DNA of 64,000 nt from the human T2T-CHM13v2.0 reference genome, Homo sapiens, in NCBI RefSeq assembly GCF_009914755.1, contig NC_060934.1; one strand, 5' to 3'. The translations under genes were made by a program, and so were the position numbers. Shown one piece after another: positions 1-15,689 of the stretch. Numbering within the stretch: position 1 is the first letter of the stretch; every line of letters starts with the position of its first letter. Under the pieces are notes generated by a model that was not told the DNA's origin, ran no database searches, and saw nothing but the letters and a program-made list of their open reading frames with translations.

Positions 1-96
1 TGGTCAGGCTGGTCTCGAACTCCTGACCTCAGGTGATCCGCCTGCCTTGGCCTCCCAAAGTGCTGGGATTACAGGCGTGAGCCACTGCACCCAGCC
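1..96 (-). mobile_element. Alu, partial (left arm, cut by window edge)
   Basis: Antisense Alu sequence CCTCCCAAAGTGCTGGGATTACAGGCGTGAGCCAC. Confidence 0.95.
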
Positions 97-304
97 AAGC
101 AGTTCTTAAAATGCTCTTATAGCCCTTTGACCCCCCTTTCCCCACTCCCTGTGTCCTCTCTAGGCTGCCTGTCTGCTGGGTGCCCCCTTCGCTGCTTCCA
201 TGACTGCCTCTCACCCTCCCTCCTGGATTGTTCTGGCAGGCTCACATTCTTTTCCTTCTGTGATGCAGAGCAATTCCATGCTCTTCTACTAGAATTCTCA
301 GGTT

Positions 305-1012
305 TGACTCAGAGTCCAGGGTCCAGGCAGGAAACAGAAACCACACCAGTGACTTTCACAGAAAGAATTTAATATACAGAATTGCTAACTAGAATTAGGT
401 TACTGACCAGTTAACTGAAATGGCAGAATGTATAGTAAGGTATCCCAGAGGTAGCAATTGCAGAAGGCAGCTACCACCCCAAGGGCTGAAAGAACTATGG
501 GAAGAGTTTGGAGCTATGAAAACATAAATGCTTGAGGATGGGCCCTGTGAAGATGGGATTCTCACCTAGGATGAAAGTGTACTTCTTAGTCAGAGCTAGT
601 GTCTCTGAGCTGGGAGAAGAAGTGTGAGGGTCTGGGACCCAGATTTCCACAGAGGAAATATTGTCTATCTGGTGCTGGTGTTTCTAAGGCTGAGGTGTGA
701 AGAAGCTGGCTGTGCAAGTGCTAGAAAAGCTGGCACCTGGATTCTGTGGCTGATGTGGAAAGGAACTGCCTCTGCGCAGTGAAGTAGTATTGCTACCATG
801 ATGCTCAAAAGAGTAGGAAACAGATAAGAAGAAATATGTTCCCTTCTCCTCTTCCAGCCCTGCAGTCTCCCTCTTGAATCCCTTCTTGGTGGAACCTAAT
901 AGAGCAGGTGGCCATATAGAAGTGTGGTTTGCAGGTCTGACATCAGCATCACTGAGCAGAATACAGAAGGAAGACATGGAGCTGACAGACAATAGCTTCA
1001 TAACTGGTGTAC
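305..1012. mobile_element. Ancient ERV-type solo LTR (LTR78/LTR33-like; subfamily uncertain)
   Basis: Start AGGGTCCAGGCAGGAAACAGAAACCACACCAG and end GAGCTGACAGACAATAGCTTCATAACTGG resemble old mammalian LTR termini. Confidence 0.5.
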
Positions 1013-1619
1013 ACACCCAAAGCCACTAGCGTGTTTAGCAAAATCAAAGAGCTTCCAGTTGAACAGCGTTGCCCTTTCATCTCAGTGGCCTTTCTCTGTC
1101 ATGGACACCTGGCTGGCACATGACTGAAGGAACTAGCAGGTGGGAAAAGGAGAGGAGAGATCAAATATTTAAGATGTGCCTCCTTTGCCCTCCAGTGCCA
1201 GATCCTTAGGTCTGGGAACTCACATCTAAGTGCTATTGGCATCTTCCTGGGACCTTAGGAAAAAATTTGCCACAGCAGTTTCCAACCTGTCTGGGAAGCA
1301 CTTGAGGCTTAGCTCCTGCACCATCCACTTGGAACTGGATTGGTTGTCCTTGTCCCTGACTCTTCTATGATTTCCTCTCTGTATCCAGCTCTATTTAGAT
1401 GGCTTATCCTCTGTAAATCTTCCCTCTATAAAGGCATTACTCTGCTAGATCTCCTCCATTCACCCCGCATTGCAGTCACAGCCAAGGCTCAGGCCCATGC
1501 CCATCTGATTCCAGGCCTATGGACACAACCTTTACCTCTCAGGACAGGGGGAAGTGATGCTTTTAAAATGTCAAATCTTGTCTCCTTCCCAATAATTTTA
1601 AATATGATTTCCATATAAT

Positions 1620-1720
1620 GATAAGGCTTTGTGAGATTCAGAGAGGTTAAGTAGCTTGCCCCAAATCATACAGCTAGAAAGTGGTAAAGCCTGGGTTTCA
1701 ATACTTGATGGTTTGGCCCT
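1620..1720 (-). mobile_element. MIR fragment
   Basis: MIR core CAGAGAGGTTAAGTAGCTTGCCCCAAATCATACAGCTAG. Confidence 0.75.
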
Positions 1721-1808
1721 GTCTCCTACCTTGAAGATGACACTTATGTGGAAAATAAGTGGCAGTTTCCTCTTTCTTCTCCCAATCTCTCATCTATGAA
1801 TGAAATTA

Positions 1809-1997
<189 letters not shown>

Positions 1998-2130
1998 CTA
2001 GCATTCCTTCCTGCTGGTTGAATTCTGCCTCAGAAGGTTTCTTAGCACAGTGCTCTAGAACACCACTACCAATTAAATGGAGCTGGCACACGAGATGAAA
2101 CTTACTTAACGTGTTTGCCATGAGCCACCC

Positions 2131-2429
2131 TCTTTTCTTTCTTTTTTCTTTTTCTTTTTTTTTTTTTTTTTTTTGAGTCGGGGGTGATGGGTAGATCTCG
2201 GCTTACTGCAACCTCCGCCTTCTGGGTTCAAGCAATTCTCGTGCTGCAGCTTCTCGAGTAGCTGGGATTACAGGCGGGCGCCATCACGCCCGGCTAATTT
2301 TTGTATTTTCAGTAGAGACGGGGTTTCATCATGTTGCCCAGGCTGATCTCGAACTCTTGACCTCAAGTGATCCGCTTGCCTCGGCCTCCCAAAGTGCTGA
2401 GATTTTTGGCGTAAGCCACTGCGCCCGGC
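2131..2429 (-). mobile_element. Alu (S-type), CpG-rich, with an altered right-arm 3' segment
   Basis: Poly(T) followed by antisense dimer; about 2178-2193 replaces the usual consensus. Confidence 0.93.
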
Positions 2430-2929
2430 CCTATTTTCTATGTAATTTGAAAGGCGCTGTAGAATTTGATGAGTCGGGAAGCAGAAGCAACTGTGGCTCC
2501 ACAACCTTTTTCTCCTCTGCTTTTAAGGCATGTGTTCTTTTGGGGTGGATCTGATTTTGTTCTGGTGTTCTGAATCAAAGCAGAAGCACGTGCAGGGGAG
2601 GTGGGAAGGGTGTCAGTGTAATCACAAAGGGGAACGCTCCCTGGCTCCAGCTCTCAGGAGGCTCCTGAGGGCTCCCGAAGAAAACTGTGCTGCCTTCTGG
2701 ATTCCAGGCAGCACAGGCTCCCTTCAGTTGAACCTGAGGCAGTTCCAGCCCGCCAAGCCATTTCCCTTGGCCACCCAGAGCTAGACGGGGAAGAGGTAAA
2801 GGAGATTTTGGCAAGAACAGGCTACTGGCCCCTGCTGCTAAAACATGCCTGCCCACAGTGCTTCAGAGAAAGGTATTACTGAGGTTCCGGGGGAACGCCC
2901 TGATTGTCTCTGGAATAGGGATCCTTCAG

Positions 2930-3550
2930 GGCACGGGTCTGAGCGCAGCACTGGGGTGCCACTGGAGAGCCACATGCACCCACCTCCTTCCGTCTCCCCG
3001 CATCCTCCCCATGTGTGGAAGCACCCCTCTGTACCACGGGAGCTTGTAGAGCAAAGCTAACATACGGTAATGTCAGCTCGGCCAAGAGAAATAAGGCGGC
3101 GGGGCTGGCTGCGCACCAGAGGGAGGCGGCGGCCCCTAACCGAAGGTTTCCGCACGGAGAATTACGCCGCAGAAGCAGCAACAGACCCGCGTATTCATGA
3201 GCTCGTGTCACCGGGAGGTCGCTGCCAGGCCTTAGCTCAACCACCATTTCGTTTCAGGAAATGCTGCCAGACTCCAAAATCAGCATAGCAAGGCTGTCCT
3301 GATACTTAGATGCGTAAATCAGGGCCGCCGAGGGGGTCGGCCTGCGGCCACTGGGCGCAAGCGAGGAAGACGCCGGGCCAGTGCTCAGGCTCCAGATCTG
3401 ATTGGCTTAATGTGGTCTGGGACAGATCATCCTGAGCTTCTGAGGCGCAGAAGGAGAGGAAAAGCCTGCCATGGGAGCTGTGTGGTTTCTCAAAGCCAAT
3501 TTGGTGCAGAGGCTCAGCGGCAGGGCTCGATGACCTGGGACCGGTGTTGC
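2930..3550. promoter_or_regulatory. Small CpG island / candidate promoter or enhancer
   Basis: More than 25 CpGs by eye in 3035-3375, GC-rich, non-repetitive, in an otherwise CpG-depleted window. Confidence 0.7.
3111..3129 (+). promoter_or_regulatory. CTCF-like motif
   Basis: GCGCACCAGAGGGAGGCGG versus core CCACCAG(A/G)GGGCGC. Confidence 0.45.
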
Positions 3551-3951
3551 TGTGTTCCCGGGGAGTCAGGTATCAGGACACACATGTGAAGCACTCTGAG
3601 GACCCTGTCACCTGCCCTGAGGATTAGACCTGAATTATTTATAGTCCTCCTTTTGCTTTACAAGCCCTGGGGCAAGTGGTTCAGGCTGGCAGGATGAAAA
3701 TTGGCGTGTGAGTTTTGGGAGGAGTATTCACTAACTTTACTTGTTTTGTGATTCTCTTGGAAGGTAAATAGGGCAAATAAATAACCCACATTTCCTCTGT
3801 TTTCCACTAATCAAGGAGGGATTTGCTTGCTTACTTATCAAGTGTGTCTGGTACTCACCTAGATAGAAATATGGACCGGAGGAAAGGTGTTTCTCTCTGT
3901 GTGTACATATTAAATAGATCTGTATGCCTTTTCTCGTATTAGAAAAAAAGA

Positions 3952-4408
<457 letters not shown>

Positions 4409-4984
4409 TTATCTGATAGGACATTGCCATCATGTCACTTAGAAAAGCTCACTGAAATTCTGCTACAATTCCCTCTACTTTGAATGGAAGGAATTTGTTA
4501 GCTTAAGCGTCTTCCAGGAAAGAATATTGTATCAGGAGGTCATCGGGATGTCTCCTAAAACCCCTCAATGTCTTACTAGCCGTATAAATTGGACGGAGTT
4601 CCTAACTTTTTAGGCCCTTGGTTAGTTTATCAATGAAATGGAATCGTACACATATACGCATATGCAGACGTATATATGAATATACATACATCTATGTATA
4701 CTCACATATCACACACATAGAAGCCAGTTGCAACCATTATATGAAAACATTGTCTGAATGTGTGTTCTGATTAGAAATTAAAGATTAAGACATTACACGC
4801 ATTTGTGTAGTGTAAGCACACTATTAATATTTTTTGAGAATGGTGACTATAGCTGATGATTGATGATAGAAATCCAGGTCTTATGAAGTGTGCATGAAAT
4901 ATTAGCCTGGTGAATCCTACTTTTAAACTACGTTTAATCCTACTTTTTCCAGGGCAAAGTCATTTGCTGTCATGCTTGGAAGGA

Positions 4985-5135
4985 GTAGAACCAAGTGTTT
5001 ATGAGCATGGACTTTGGAGTCAGGTAAACAGAAGTCCAAATCCTGTTTCTACCACTAATAGCTGTGTGACCTGGGGCAAGTCACTTAACCTATCTGAGCC
5101 TGTATTTTTTTATTTATGAAATGGAGATAAAGATG
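4985..5135 (+). mobile_element. MIR
   Basis: CTGTGTGACCTGGGGCAAGTCACTTAACCTATCTGAGCCT core. Confidence 0.85.
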
Positions 5136-5139
5136 CTTG

Positions 5140-5428
5140 ACTCATGGCTGGTTGGGACCGCATACTGCCCACTGGGTAGTGCCATGTCAGGTTGTGATTT
5201 CTTGAAACCATCAGGATCAAACAGGCATTCTGAAGATGACGGAATAGAAGCATGCAAAGAACTCAGGTCCCTGATGACATGGTTGAACCACTGGATTAAC
5301 AAACCTTGAAAAGCCACTCAATTTTCAGACTTCTCGATACAGAACATAATATGACCTCTTATTGGTTCAAGCCAGTTGAACTGGTGGTTTTTTTCTGTTA
5401 CTTGTAGCTGAAAATTTCCTAACTCATA
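5140..5428 (+). mobile_element. MLT1-type MaLR LTR fragment
   Basis: 3' end TTCTGTTACTTGTAGCTGAAAATTTCCTAACTCATA. Confidence 0.6.
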
Positions 5429-5492
5429 AAATAACTTTATCTTAAACAAAATTAAAAGCGTTTTACCAACCAAAGCCACAAGTGGTGTAGAC

Positions 5493-5836
5493 CAGCAGTC
5501 CCCAACCTTTTTGGCACCAGAGAACTGTTTTGTGGAATACAATTTTTCCACAGACCCAGGACAGGGGTAGGGTTGGGGGGATGGTTTCGGGATGAAGCTG
5601 TTCCACCTCACATCATCGGGTGTTAGATTCTCATAAGAAGCGTGCACCCTAGATCCCTCGCATGCATAGGTCACAGCAGGGTTTGTGCTCCTATGAGAAT
5701 CTAATGCCACCACTGATCTGACAGGAGGCGGAGCTCAGGCGGTAATGCTAGCTCACCGACTGCTCACCTCCTCCTGTGTGACCTGGCTCCTAAAAGGCCA
5801 CAGACCACTACTGGCTTATGGCCTGGGGGTTGGGAA
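5493..5836 (+). mobile_element. MER1B (hAT-Charlie non-autonomous DNA transposon)
   Basis: CAGCAGTCCCCAACCTTTTTGGCACCAG start, GGGGGTTGGG end; similar to the copy at 37795. Confidence 0.85.
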
Positions 5837-5849
5837 GACATTTTTGCCA

Positions 5850-6230
5850 AACAGAGGAAAATTAGGATGAAATCCAGGGAGGAGGCTTAGGTAACATTTA
5901 GGGTAACAAATTGAAGGGAGTCTCCAGGGATGCTCTTCCAAGGAGAGGGTTACCAAGGGAACTGTGGTCACTTTACTTCCAGGAAGGCTGTAAAATGTTT
6001 GGATCAGGAGAGGGCCATGTTTGAAGGTTTTTAAAGAGTTTTTTGCTTCTGAATTATGTATGCGTGTGGAGCATGGACTGGAGTGAGCAAAGATTCCATT
6101 ATGGAGAATGTTTCTCAAAGACTGTTGTAACAGTCCAGGTGAGAAATGGTGTGCCTCTGAACTAATGTGGGAACACAGGAGAGGGAGATTTGGAGGTTTG
6201 GTGCATTAAGTGAGAATATCGTCAAATTTT
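5850..6230 (-). mobile_element. L2 fragment
   Basis: AGACTGTTGTAACAGTCCAGGTGAGAAATGGTG...TGAACTA is typical antisense L2. Confidence 0.6.
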
Positions 6231-6344
6231 TTAAATGAATACCAGGAAATTATGTATCATAGAAACCAAATAAGGGGAGAAGACAGTGTGAAGAAGAAAA
6301 CAGTGATCACCACCACGAATACTAATATCTTTTTTAAAAAAATT

Positions 6345-6626
6345 ATGATTTTTATATTTTAAGAGACAGGGTCTTGCTCTGTTACTCAGGCTGGAGTGCA
6401 TGGTGCAATCATGGCTCACCGTATCCTTGAACTCCTGGGCTTAAGTGAGTCTCTTGTCTTAGCCTCCTGAGTAGCTGAGACTATAGGCATGTGCCACCAT
6501 GGTTGGCTAACGTTTTAATTTTTTGTAGAGAGGAGGTCTCTCTATGTTGTCCCGGCTGGCCTCAAGTGATCTTCCTGCCTTGGCCTCCCAAAGTGCTGGG
6601 ATCACAGGCATGAACCACACCCAGCT
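6345..6626 (-). mobile_element. Alu (J-type)
   Basis: Diverged antisense dimer. Confidence 0.92.
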
Positions 6627-6629
6627 CAA

Positions 6630-6850
6630 TACTAAAATCAATAACCAAACATTGAGAGCTGGCCTTGTGCCAAGCACTGTCAGACTGTTTACACATATTA
6701 TTCTATTTAATCATCATGAGAAACCCATGACATAGGAGCTCATATTATCTTCATTTCCTGATGAGGAAACCTAGATTTCCAAGACTTCATATCACAGTGC
6801 TCATAAGAGTAGATCCTGGATTCAAGGTCTTACTGCTCCTGAAGCCTGTT
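6630..6850 (-). mobile_element. MIR
   Basis: TTTAATCATCATGAGAAACCCATGA...GATGAGGAAAC. Confidence 0.7.
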
Positions 6851-7233
6851 TATTTATCCACAGGATACTCTCCTGATATACCACGATGCAGAATGTCAAG
6901 TAGGAAAAGAAGCTGTTGCATTGGGCAATTAAGAAGTCATTGGTGAGAGAAGTTTCAGGTAAATGACTTGCTGGCGTATGGAAGTAGAAGGAGAGAGGGG
7001 AGGTGGCTAGGGAACCAGCCTTTGAAGAAACCTAGAACATGGAGATAGAGTGTTTTAGCCTAGAGGTAGACAAGGTCATAAAAGATATTTTTTTTCCATT
7101 GGGTATCATAAGAATTACTATTATATTTATTAGTCATAATTATAGTGGTTTGAGGATTACAGGTAGAAAAGTTTACCCTGGTGTCACTTAGAAATCAAAA
7201 TATTTTCAATCCTCAAAACAAATTTTTCTCTTA

Positions 7234-8578
7234 CAAGGGGACTTAAAAAGCTCATGGAAAATAGAATGAAAAGATAAATGTTAAAAATATAAACTTTATT
7301 TCTCTACATAAGCTCTTCAAGTTTCAGATACTTGTATAAGTGATGATATCAGCCATTTAGTCCATTCCTAAAGAAATGAGGGTCCTGGGAATTTAACCAT
7401 GTCAATACAATCATTTTTACATTATAAACCAAGAAAAATGAGTGTTCTTTAGAGATTTTTTAAGATTGGGAAACAAAAATAAATCAGAAGGACTGAAATC
7501 AACACTGTAAGGTGGATGCCTAATGATTTCCCATAAAAACTTTCACAAAATTGCCCTTGTTTGATGAGAAGAATGAGCAGGAGCATTGTCGTGGTGCAGA
7601 AGGACTCTCTGGTGAAGCTTTCCTGGGTGTTTTTCTGCTAATGCTTTGATTAACTTTCTCAAAACCCTGTTATAATAAGCAGATGTTATTGTTCTTTGGC
7701 CCTCCAGAAAGTCAATAAACAAAATACCTTGAGCATCCCAAAAAACTGGTGCCATGACCTTTGCTTTTGACTGGTCCATGTTTGTTTTGACTGGACCATT
7801 TCCTACCTCTTGGTAGCCATTGCTTTGATTGTGCTTTGTCTTCAGGATCATACAAGTAAAGCCATATTTCATCCCCAGTTACATGTTTCTTCTCCTGAAG
7901 AAATGCTTCAGGATCTTGATGCCACTTGTTTAGAATTCCCAAAGCTCAGTGCTTTCTATTTTCTGTGCTCTTGATCTGGGCGCAATGGTTTTGGCACCCA
8001 TCAGGTGGAAAGTTTGCTCCACTTCAATTTTTCCGTCAGAATTGTGTGAGCTGAACCAATTGAAATGATGTCATTGTTAGTTAGTTGATTGTTAGTTAGT
8101 TAGTTAGTTAATTGAGATGATGTTAGTTATTGTTTCTGCTCTTATTTGTTGGTTCTTTTCAATTAGGGCATGAACAAAATTAATTTATTCCTTGCAAATT
8201 GATGTAGATTGCCGCTATGGGCTTCATCTTCTACATCATCTCACCCCTTCTTAAAATAAATGAGCCATTTGTAAACTAGTGCTTTCTTTGGGGCATTGTC
8301 CCCATTAACTTTTTGTAAAGCATTAATGATTTCACCATTCTTTCACCCAAGTGTCACCACAAATTTGGTGTTTGTTCTTGTTTTACTTTAGCAGAATTCA
8401 TGTTGCTGTGACAGGGATTCTTTTCCAACAGACGTCTTATCCTTCAGAATGCCTCAGACTAGATCCTGCTCAGACATGTTATAATAAGTTAGTACAAATT
8501 TATGTTGGTGCAAAAAAATTTGAAATTCATGAATTTTTTTCATAATATGCATTTCCATGAATGTTTGAAGACCTCTAG
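7234..8578 (-). mobile_element. Hsmar2 mariner transposon, full length
   Basis: Imperfect TIRs (CAAGGGGACTTAAAAAGCTCATGGAAA / TTTCCATGAATGTTTGAAGACCTCTAG), TA flanks at 7232-7233 and 8579-8580, transposase remnants inside. Confidence 0.93.
7296..8401 (-). pseudogene. Hsmar2 transposase pseudogene (frameshifted)
   Basis: Starts MNSAK; motifs VTGDEIWLYLYDPE, VFWDAQG and LLHHDNAPAH; ends YVEK-stop; split across frames. Confidence 0.9.
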
Positions 8579-9454
8579 TATTTCATATCAAATTCTAAGC
8601 AGAAAGATTTAGCAATTCTAAGTCTGGTTAGACTGGGAAGTCATGTCAGCTGCTGGCCACAGTAGAACTTGGAATGACAACCTCTCTTCCATCCCGTCCA
8701 ATAGATTTGGGATGAGCATCCTAATTAAATGGACAATATCTAATCAAAATTGAAAGTCTGTCACAAACTTGCCCAACGATTATTTACATATGTGAGATTG
8801 CTGTTGTACAGTGGACTTTTCTGGGGAACACTTTCAAGTTGAACCAGACTTAATGTTTATTAGAAAAGCATTCTGGCTGAGTTGCTGGCTCTGTGAGCCA
8901 ATCACAAATGCCAAAATTGCTGGCTAATTGCTTCAGTGTAAATGCCAGCTCTCCTCTGGGGCTTCTGAAAGGTTAGCATTCTCTTGATACTCTCAACTCT
9001 GCTCTTGAGCCCTGGGAGGCTGCCCAGTTGGTAATGGGAAAAGGGTAGCAATGGCCACTTTTCCTCTTCCTTAGGATGGGATTAATGAGAGAGACTGGAG
9101 ACTGAGCTAATACACATACTTATTTGCAGAGTCTTGATGGAATCTGAGGGTCTGATTTTCATGACTTTTTGGATTGCGTGCTTCTAGGGGGTAGGAACAT
9201 CTACACTTCTTCTTACCCCTCCTTCTTCTTAATCTGGAAACACTCTACAGAGAAGTGGAGGGCAAGTAGAGGGCATGCTTCCCAATTAAACAGGAGGTTT
9301 CAACATGATGATGTAAACAACGAAATAATTATACTTCCCTGAGGCATTGTTAAACTTGTCTTTTAAGGACTTTTAGTTTCTTTCTTGATGAAACAAATTT
9401 TGTTAGCAGGCAAGCTTTTGGAGGCCAGAGACCAGGTCTTTTGGCTCTCTTATA

Positions 9455-10180
<726 letters not shown>

Positions 10181-10330
10181 CAATGTAAGAGATAACCTAT
10201 ATTTCAAGTACAAACTTCATCTATATAATTTAGTATATGCTTTGAGCCACTATATACTATAAGCACCTTAAGGACAGAGGTGGTGTTCTATTCATTTTGT
10301 ATTCCTGGCATCTAGCAGAGACACAAGATG

Positions 10331-10654
<324 letters not shown>

Positions 10655-11419
10655 CTAAAGTTATTGTATGAATGCTTGGATACCTGAAGAGACTGGAAAA
10701 TATGAAGAGAATGAGTAACTGAAATTCAATGTTTCTCCTAAATTTTAAGCTAATAGTTTCAGCTCCTTCTCTTAGCATTGCTTTCAAAAGAACAGCTTTT
10801 AAGAGTAAAATTTCACTAGATGTATTTTCTCTCTCCCTGCAGTCTGAAGTGGAATCATAGTAAATTACAGAAAAATAGTCTTTGGAGAGAGAAGGAATCT
10901 GGTTAATCCACAGGCCACACAATCATGGTTGAAAATTAGGTATGTTCAAAACAAGGGTGTTATTTCTGTTTTGTATAAGAGGAAGGCTTGCAATGTCCAT
11001 TCTAGAGGTAGAGGTGTCTAGTCTTACAGCCAATGGTCTCAAATATTTGCTACTCACAACCATCTAATAACTTTATAAGTAGTATAATAATTGATTTTTC
11101 CATATTTCAATCAGATTAAGATTCTCAGGATCCCTAATTTGGCTGATTAGAGGAATGAGATGATCAGTAATACCATTTCAAATGGCAATATTTCTAGCCA
11201 AAAGCTAAGAATCATTTTAGTTAACATATAGGCTGAATACACAGTTTCTATGGAACTTTCTGAAATATTGAAATAACTGGAAGGTTCTCCCATTACTATA
11301 TTTGAGTAATAGCCCAGAAATTGGTCATTCCCGTACTTCATTCAGGCCCCCTACTATGCTACCTAAAAAAGCCATAGCCTCACCCTGGACATACCTTCTT
11401 CTTACTTGTGATCTGAAAT

Positions 11420-11590
11420 TATACTATTTTTACTTGTGTACTTGGCTGTTGTCCAGTTTTTTCCACTTGAGTGTAAGTTCCATGAGGGACAGAGGGACAC
11501 TTCTGTTCACTGCTTTCATTCTAGAACCTAGAACAGTGCCTGACACATACTCATTACTCAATCTGTGCTTTTTCAGTGAATGAGCGAATG
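11420..11590 (+). mobile_element. L2 3' end
   Basis: GTAAGTTCCATGAGGGACAG...CTAGAACAGTGCCTGACACATA...GAATGA. Confidence 0.8.
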
Positions 11591-11964
11591 ATGGATCCAT
11601 CTCTTGAAGCAATACTTGAATCGCAGAATTCTTATATTGATAGAAGCAGAAGGAAACCAGAAGTGCTCCAATTAAAGGCCTCCATTTTTCAGATCAGCAG
11701 ACTATGAGCCATGCATAGGATCACACACAGGTGTGGTAGAGCAGGGACCATGACTCTTGGTCCTGTGTTATTTCCGTTTCTGCGTGCCAATGCCTACTCT
11801 ATGGCTCCTGGAGAGGGAGGAGGTTGGGGAAGGTGGAAACACCTGGAGTGGAAAAGAGAAGTGCTGGGAACAGAGGACACTAGTGCCTTCAGCACATCCC
11901 ATCTTCCCATTGCCACTCAGCTGACCTATCAGCAAAGGTGGGAGTGAAAGTTACAGGGATTCTG

Positions 11965-12399
<435 letters not shown>

Positions 12400-12411
12400 T
12401 TATGAGCCACT

Positions 12412-13048
<637 letters not shown>

Positions 13049-14684
13049 AAAAATTATGAGCCACTGAGTATTTTAAAGGGGTTTTCTGTTATGTCATAAA
13101 TATTCAGACTGGAAATGGTAATTGTTCCCTGTGATTAATTCTGCTTACTTGGGAAAGTTGTGCAAGGTTTTCACTGGAGGGTATGTCTTTTATGTTTTCA
13201 TGTTACTCATGTGTATTGCAATTTGTCCTGAACTGGACTTGAGACAGTGGAGTTAGGGTTGAGGGCTTTTCTTTGTCTTTTCTTTTCTTTCTTTCTTATG
13301 GCAGTGTTTGGAAATACTTAAATTGGATGGATTGTATTACCCCTCCCTGGGCTGAGATTAAGGTAATTGATGGGGCTCAGGGCCAGAAGTTCCTCCCGGC
13401 TATTTCAGTTGTATTGGTCTGGGGTTAATGGAGAAAAACTCGGTGTTGAAGGTTACAGCGTTTCCCTTTGCTTCCATTTTAATGATACATGCCTGCCAGT
13501 GTTTTCTCTTTGAAGAGCAATTTAATAAACAATCACTGGCGTTTCATGTTGAGGGTAAGATTTGTAATGGCATTCATCTCCCCGGGAGTTCTTCCTCAGC
13601 AAGTGATTGGATCAAGGCCGTTGCGGTGAACACAGGCTAGCCCAGCCTGGGGCCTTCAAATGTACCATGGGTTCCCCCATGCAGGGCATGAAGATAGGCT
13701 GGGGGTTGGGGTCGGCGACAATTTTCAGAATGATTCCGAACTCCGCTTAGATTTCTCTGATTTTAAAGACATTTCCCAAGGAAGTCAAACCTGAGCCTGC
13801 AATTACACTGAGGACCCTTGCAGGGGAGGCCAAGGGGCAGTGGGCACAGAAAGCTCTGGAATGTGATCTTCAGCCGGGATCTCTGCTTTGGGGTAAGAAG
13901 GAAGCTGAACAGCCAAAGGCTTTTATTGTTAAAGAGGAAAGTGGGGGCTCTGAGCCTTGAAGGAAGATCATCATCAAATGGTGCTTTATTCAACATCCAC
14001 ACTGGGAACGCATTGTTCTGGGCGCCATACAAAGCAAGCCTGGGCAAGGAGTGGGGCTTGTGCATCTATTTTTTATTAAAATCACATGTAAATTTATACA
14101 GCCACAGTAAGGGTGGGACTCAGGTTCTAGCCAAGGTGCTGTATGAGCCTGGGTGGGGCTGGGCCCGGGTATGCATGCTCAGAAGTAAGGAGCTTGACTG
14201 TTTTCTGGTTTCTCCTGTTCTGAAATTAACAATGATGGTGCTCTAGCAAAAGCACTGTGGACAGGGGAGTGCCACAGAGTGTCCCTGTGGCATGGCCTGG
14301 GGCTGAGGAGAAGGACATCTGTCATTCCTCTCCATCAGTGATGGGGCTTTGTGTGAGGCCATTGGGACCCACACCACTTGTCCCAAAGACCATTCAGTGA
14401 CCACTTCTGTAAAGCCAGAGGTTGGCAGCATCTCAAATGTGGCAAGCCGGTTTATTTATTCTTTATCCTTTTGGCATGTCAAGATTGGAGAGAAAGTGGT
14501 ACCCAGACATCCCTGTTTGGGACTCCTTTGAGAGCAGAGGTGTGACTTTTGACAAGGGGAGAACTGGTGGTGGCCAACTCTCAACTACTTCAAGGAAGGG
14601 GTGCTCATGGGCACACTGTGGCGGTAACTGACAGCCACTCAGTTGAGAGTGGCTATTCTTGAGGCTGTGGACTTGCATACTGTA

Positions 14685-14984
14685 CTTTGTTTTATTTTTG
14701 AGACGGAGTCTCGCTCTGTTGCCCAAGCTTGAGTGCAGTGGTGTGATCTTGGCTCACTGCAACCTCTGCCTCCTAGGTTCATTCAATCGGTTCTCCTCCT
14801 CAGCCACCCGAGTAGCTGGGATTACAGGTGCACGCCACCATGCCCGGCTAATCTTTGTATTTTTAGTAAAGATGGGATTTTGCCATGTTGGCCAGGCTGG
14901 TCTTGAACTCCTGACCTCAAGTGATCTGCCCACCTGGGTCTCCCAAAGTGCTGGGATTACAGGCGTGAGCCACTGCACCCAGCC
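14685..14984 (-). mobile_element. Alu (S-type)
   Basis: Antisense dimer. Confidence 0.95.
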
Positions 14985-15689
14985 ATACTATATATTTCTA
15001 TATCCTGTTTATCTTTTATAAATCCCAACAATGAAAAAGATATTCTAAGCTGTAGCCAGTGAGATGCTTATTGGAAGTAATAATACAAAACTTATAATAT
15101 GCCAAAGTGACTACAGAATAATTAGTATGGCCCCTTGGTGATGGTGGAAATGAGTTTTGACAGGTGAGTATGAAAGTAGACGTGGCCAGCATATGTTAAG
15201 GATAGAATTGGAGCTGCCAAAGATCTCCTGCAATAGCTCTTTAGAGTCAGCCTTGAGGTCATGCTTTTACTTAGGCTGCCATATAACCTAGAGGCTGGGA
15301 CTTTCTCTGGCTTAGCCAGACACAATATTAGATGTAGAATAAGGAATTAGGGTCAGGGAAATCTAATTATTCTCCAACCTCTATCCACTCACCCATTTTC
15401 GCTGACAAATACACATTGAGATTGTCCTCCAAGACTCTAGTTATGTGGAAGAAGAAGAGTGGTTTTCCTTCTCTATATTTCTGGGAAAGAATTAATTCTA
15501 ATTCTGGTGGGTTTTTCTGTAGCAAGATTGTATGATGAGTTTATAAGCTACTCATGACAAATGGGAGACTGAGGATGGTTGAATGAAAAAGTTCTTACTA
15601 GAGTCATAAAGGGCTGATTTTTCAGGACAAACACAATGCTACCTGCCTCAGTAGAGTGCAGTGGCTGACAGAGGATTCCAGAACGATTC

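Noticed and set aside
7543-7942. Domesticated SETMAR-like transposase gene
   Set aside because: It is Hsmar2 rather than Hsmar1, is frameshifted, and is interrupted by a microsatellite
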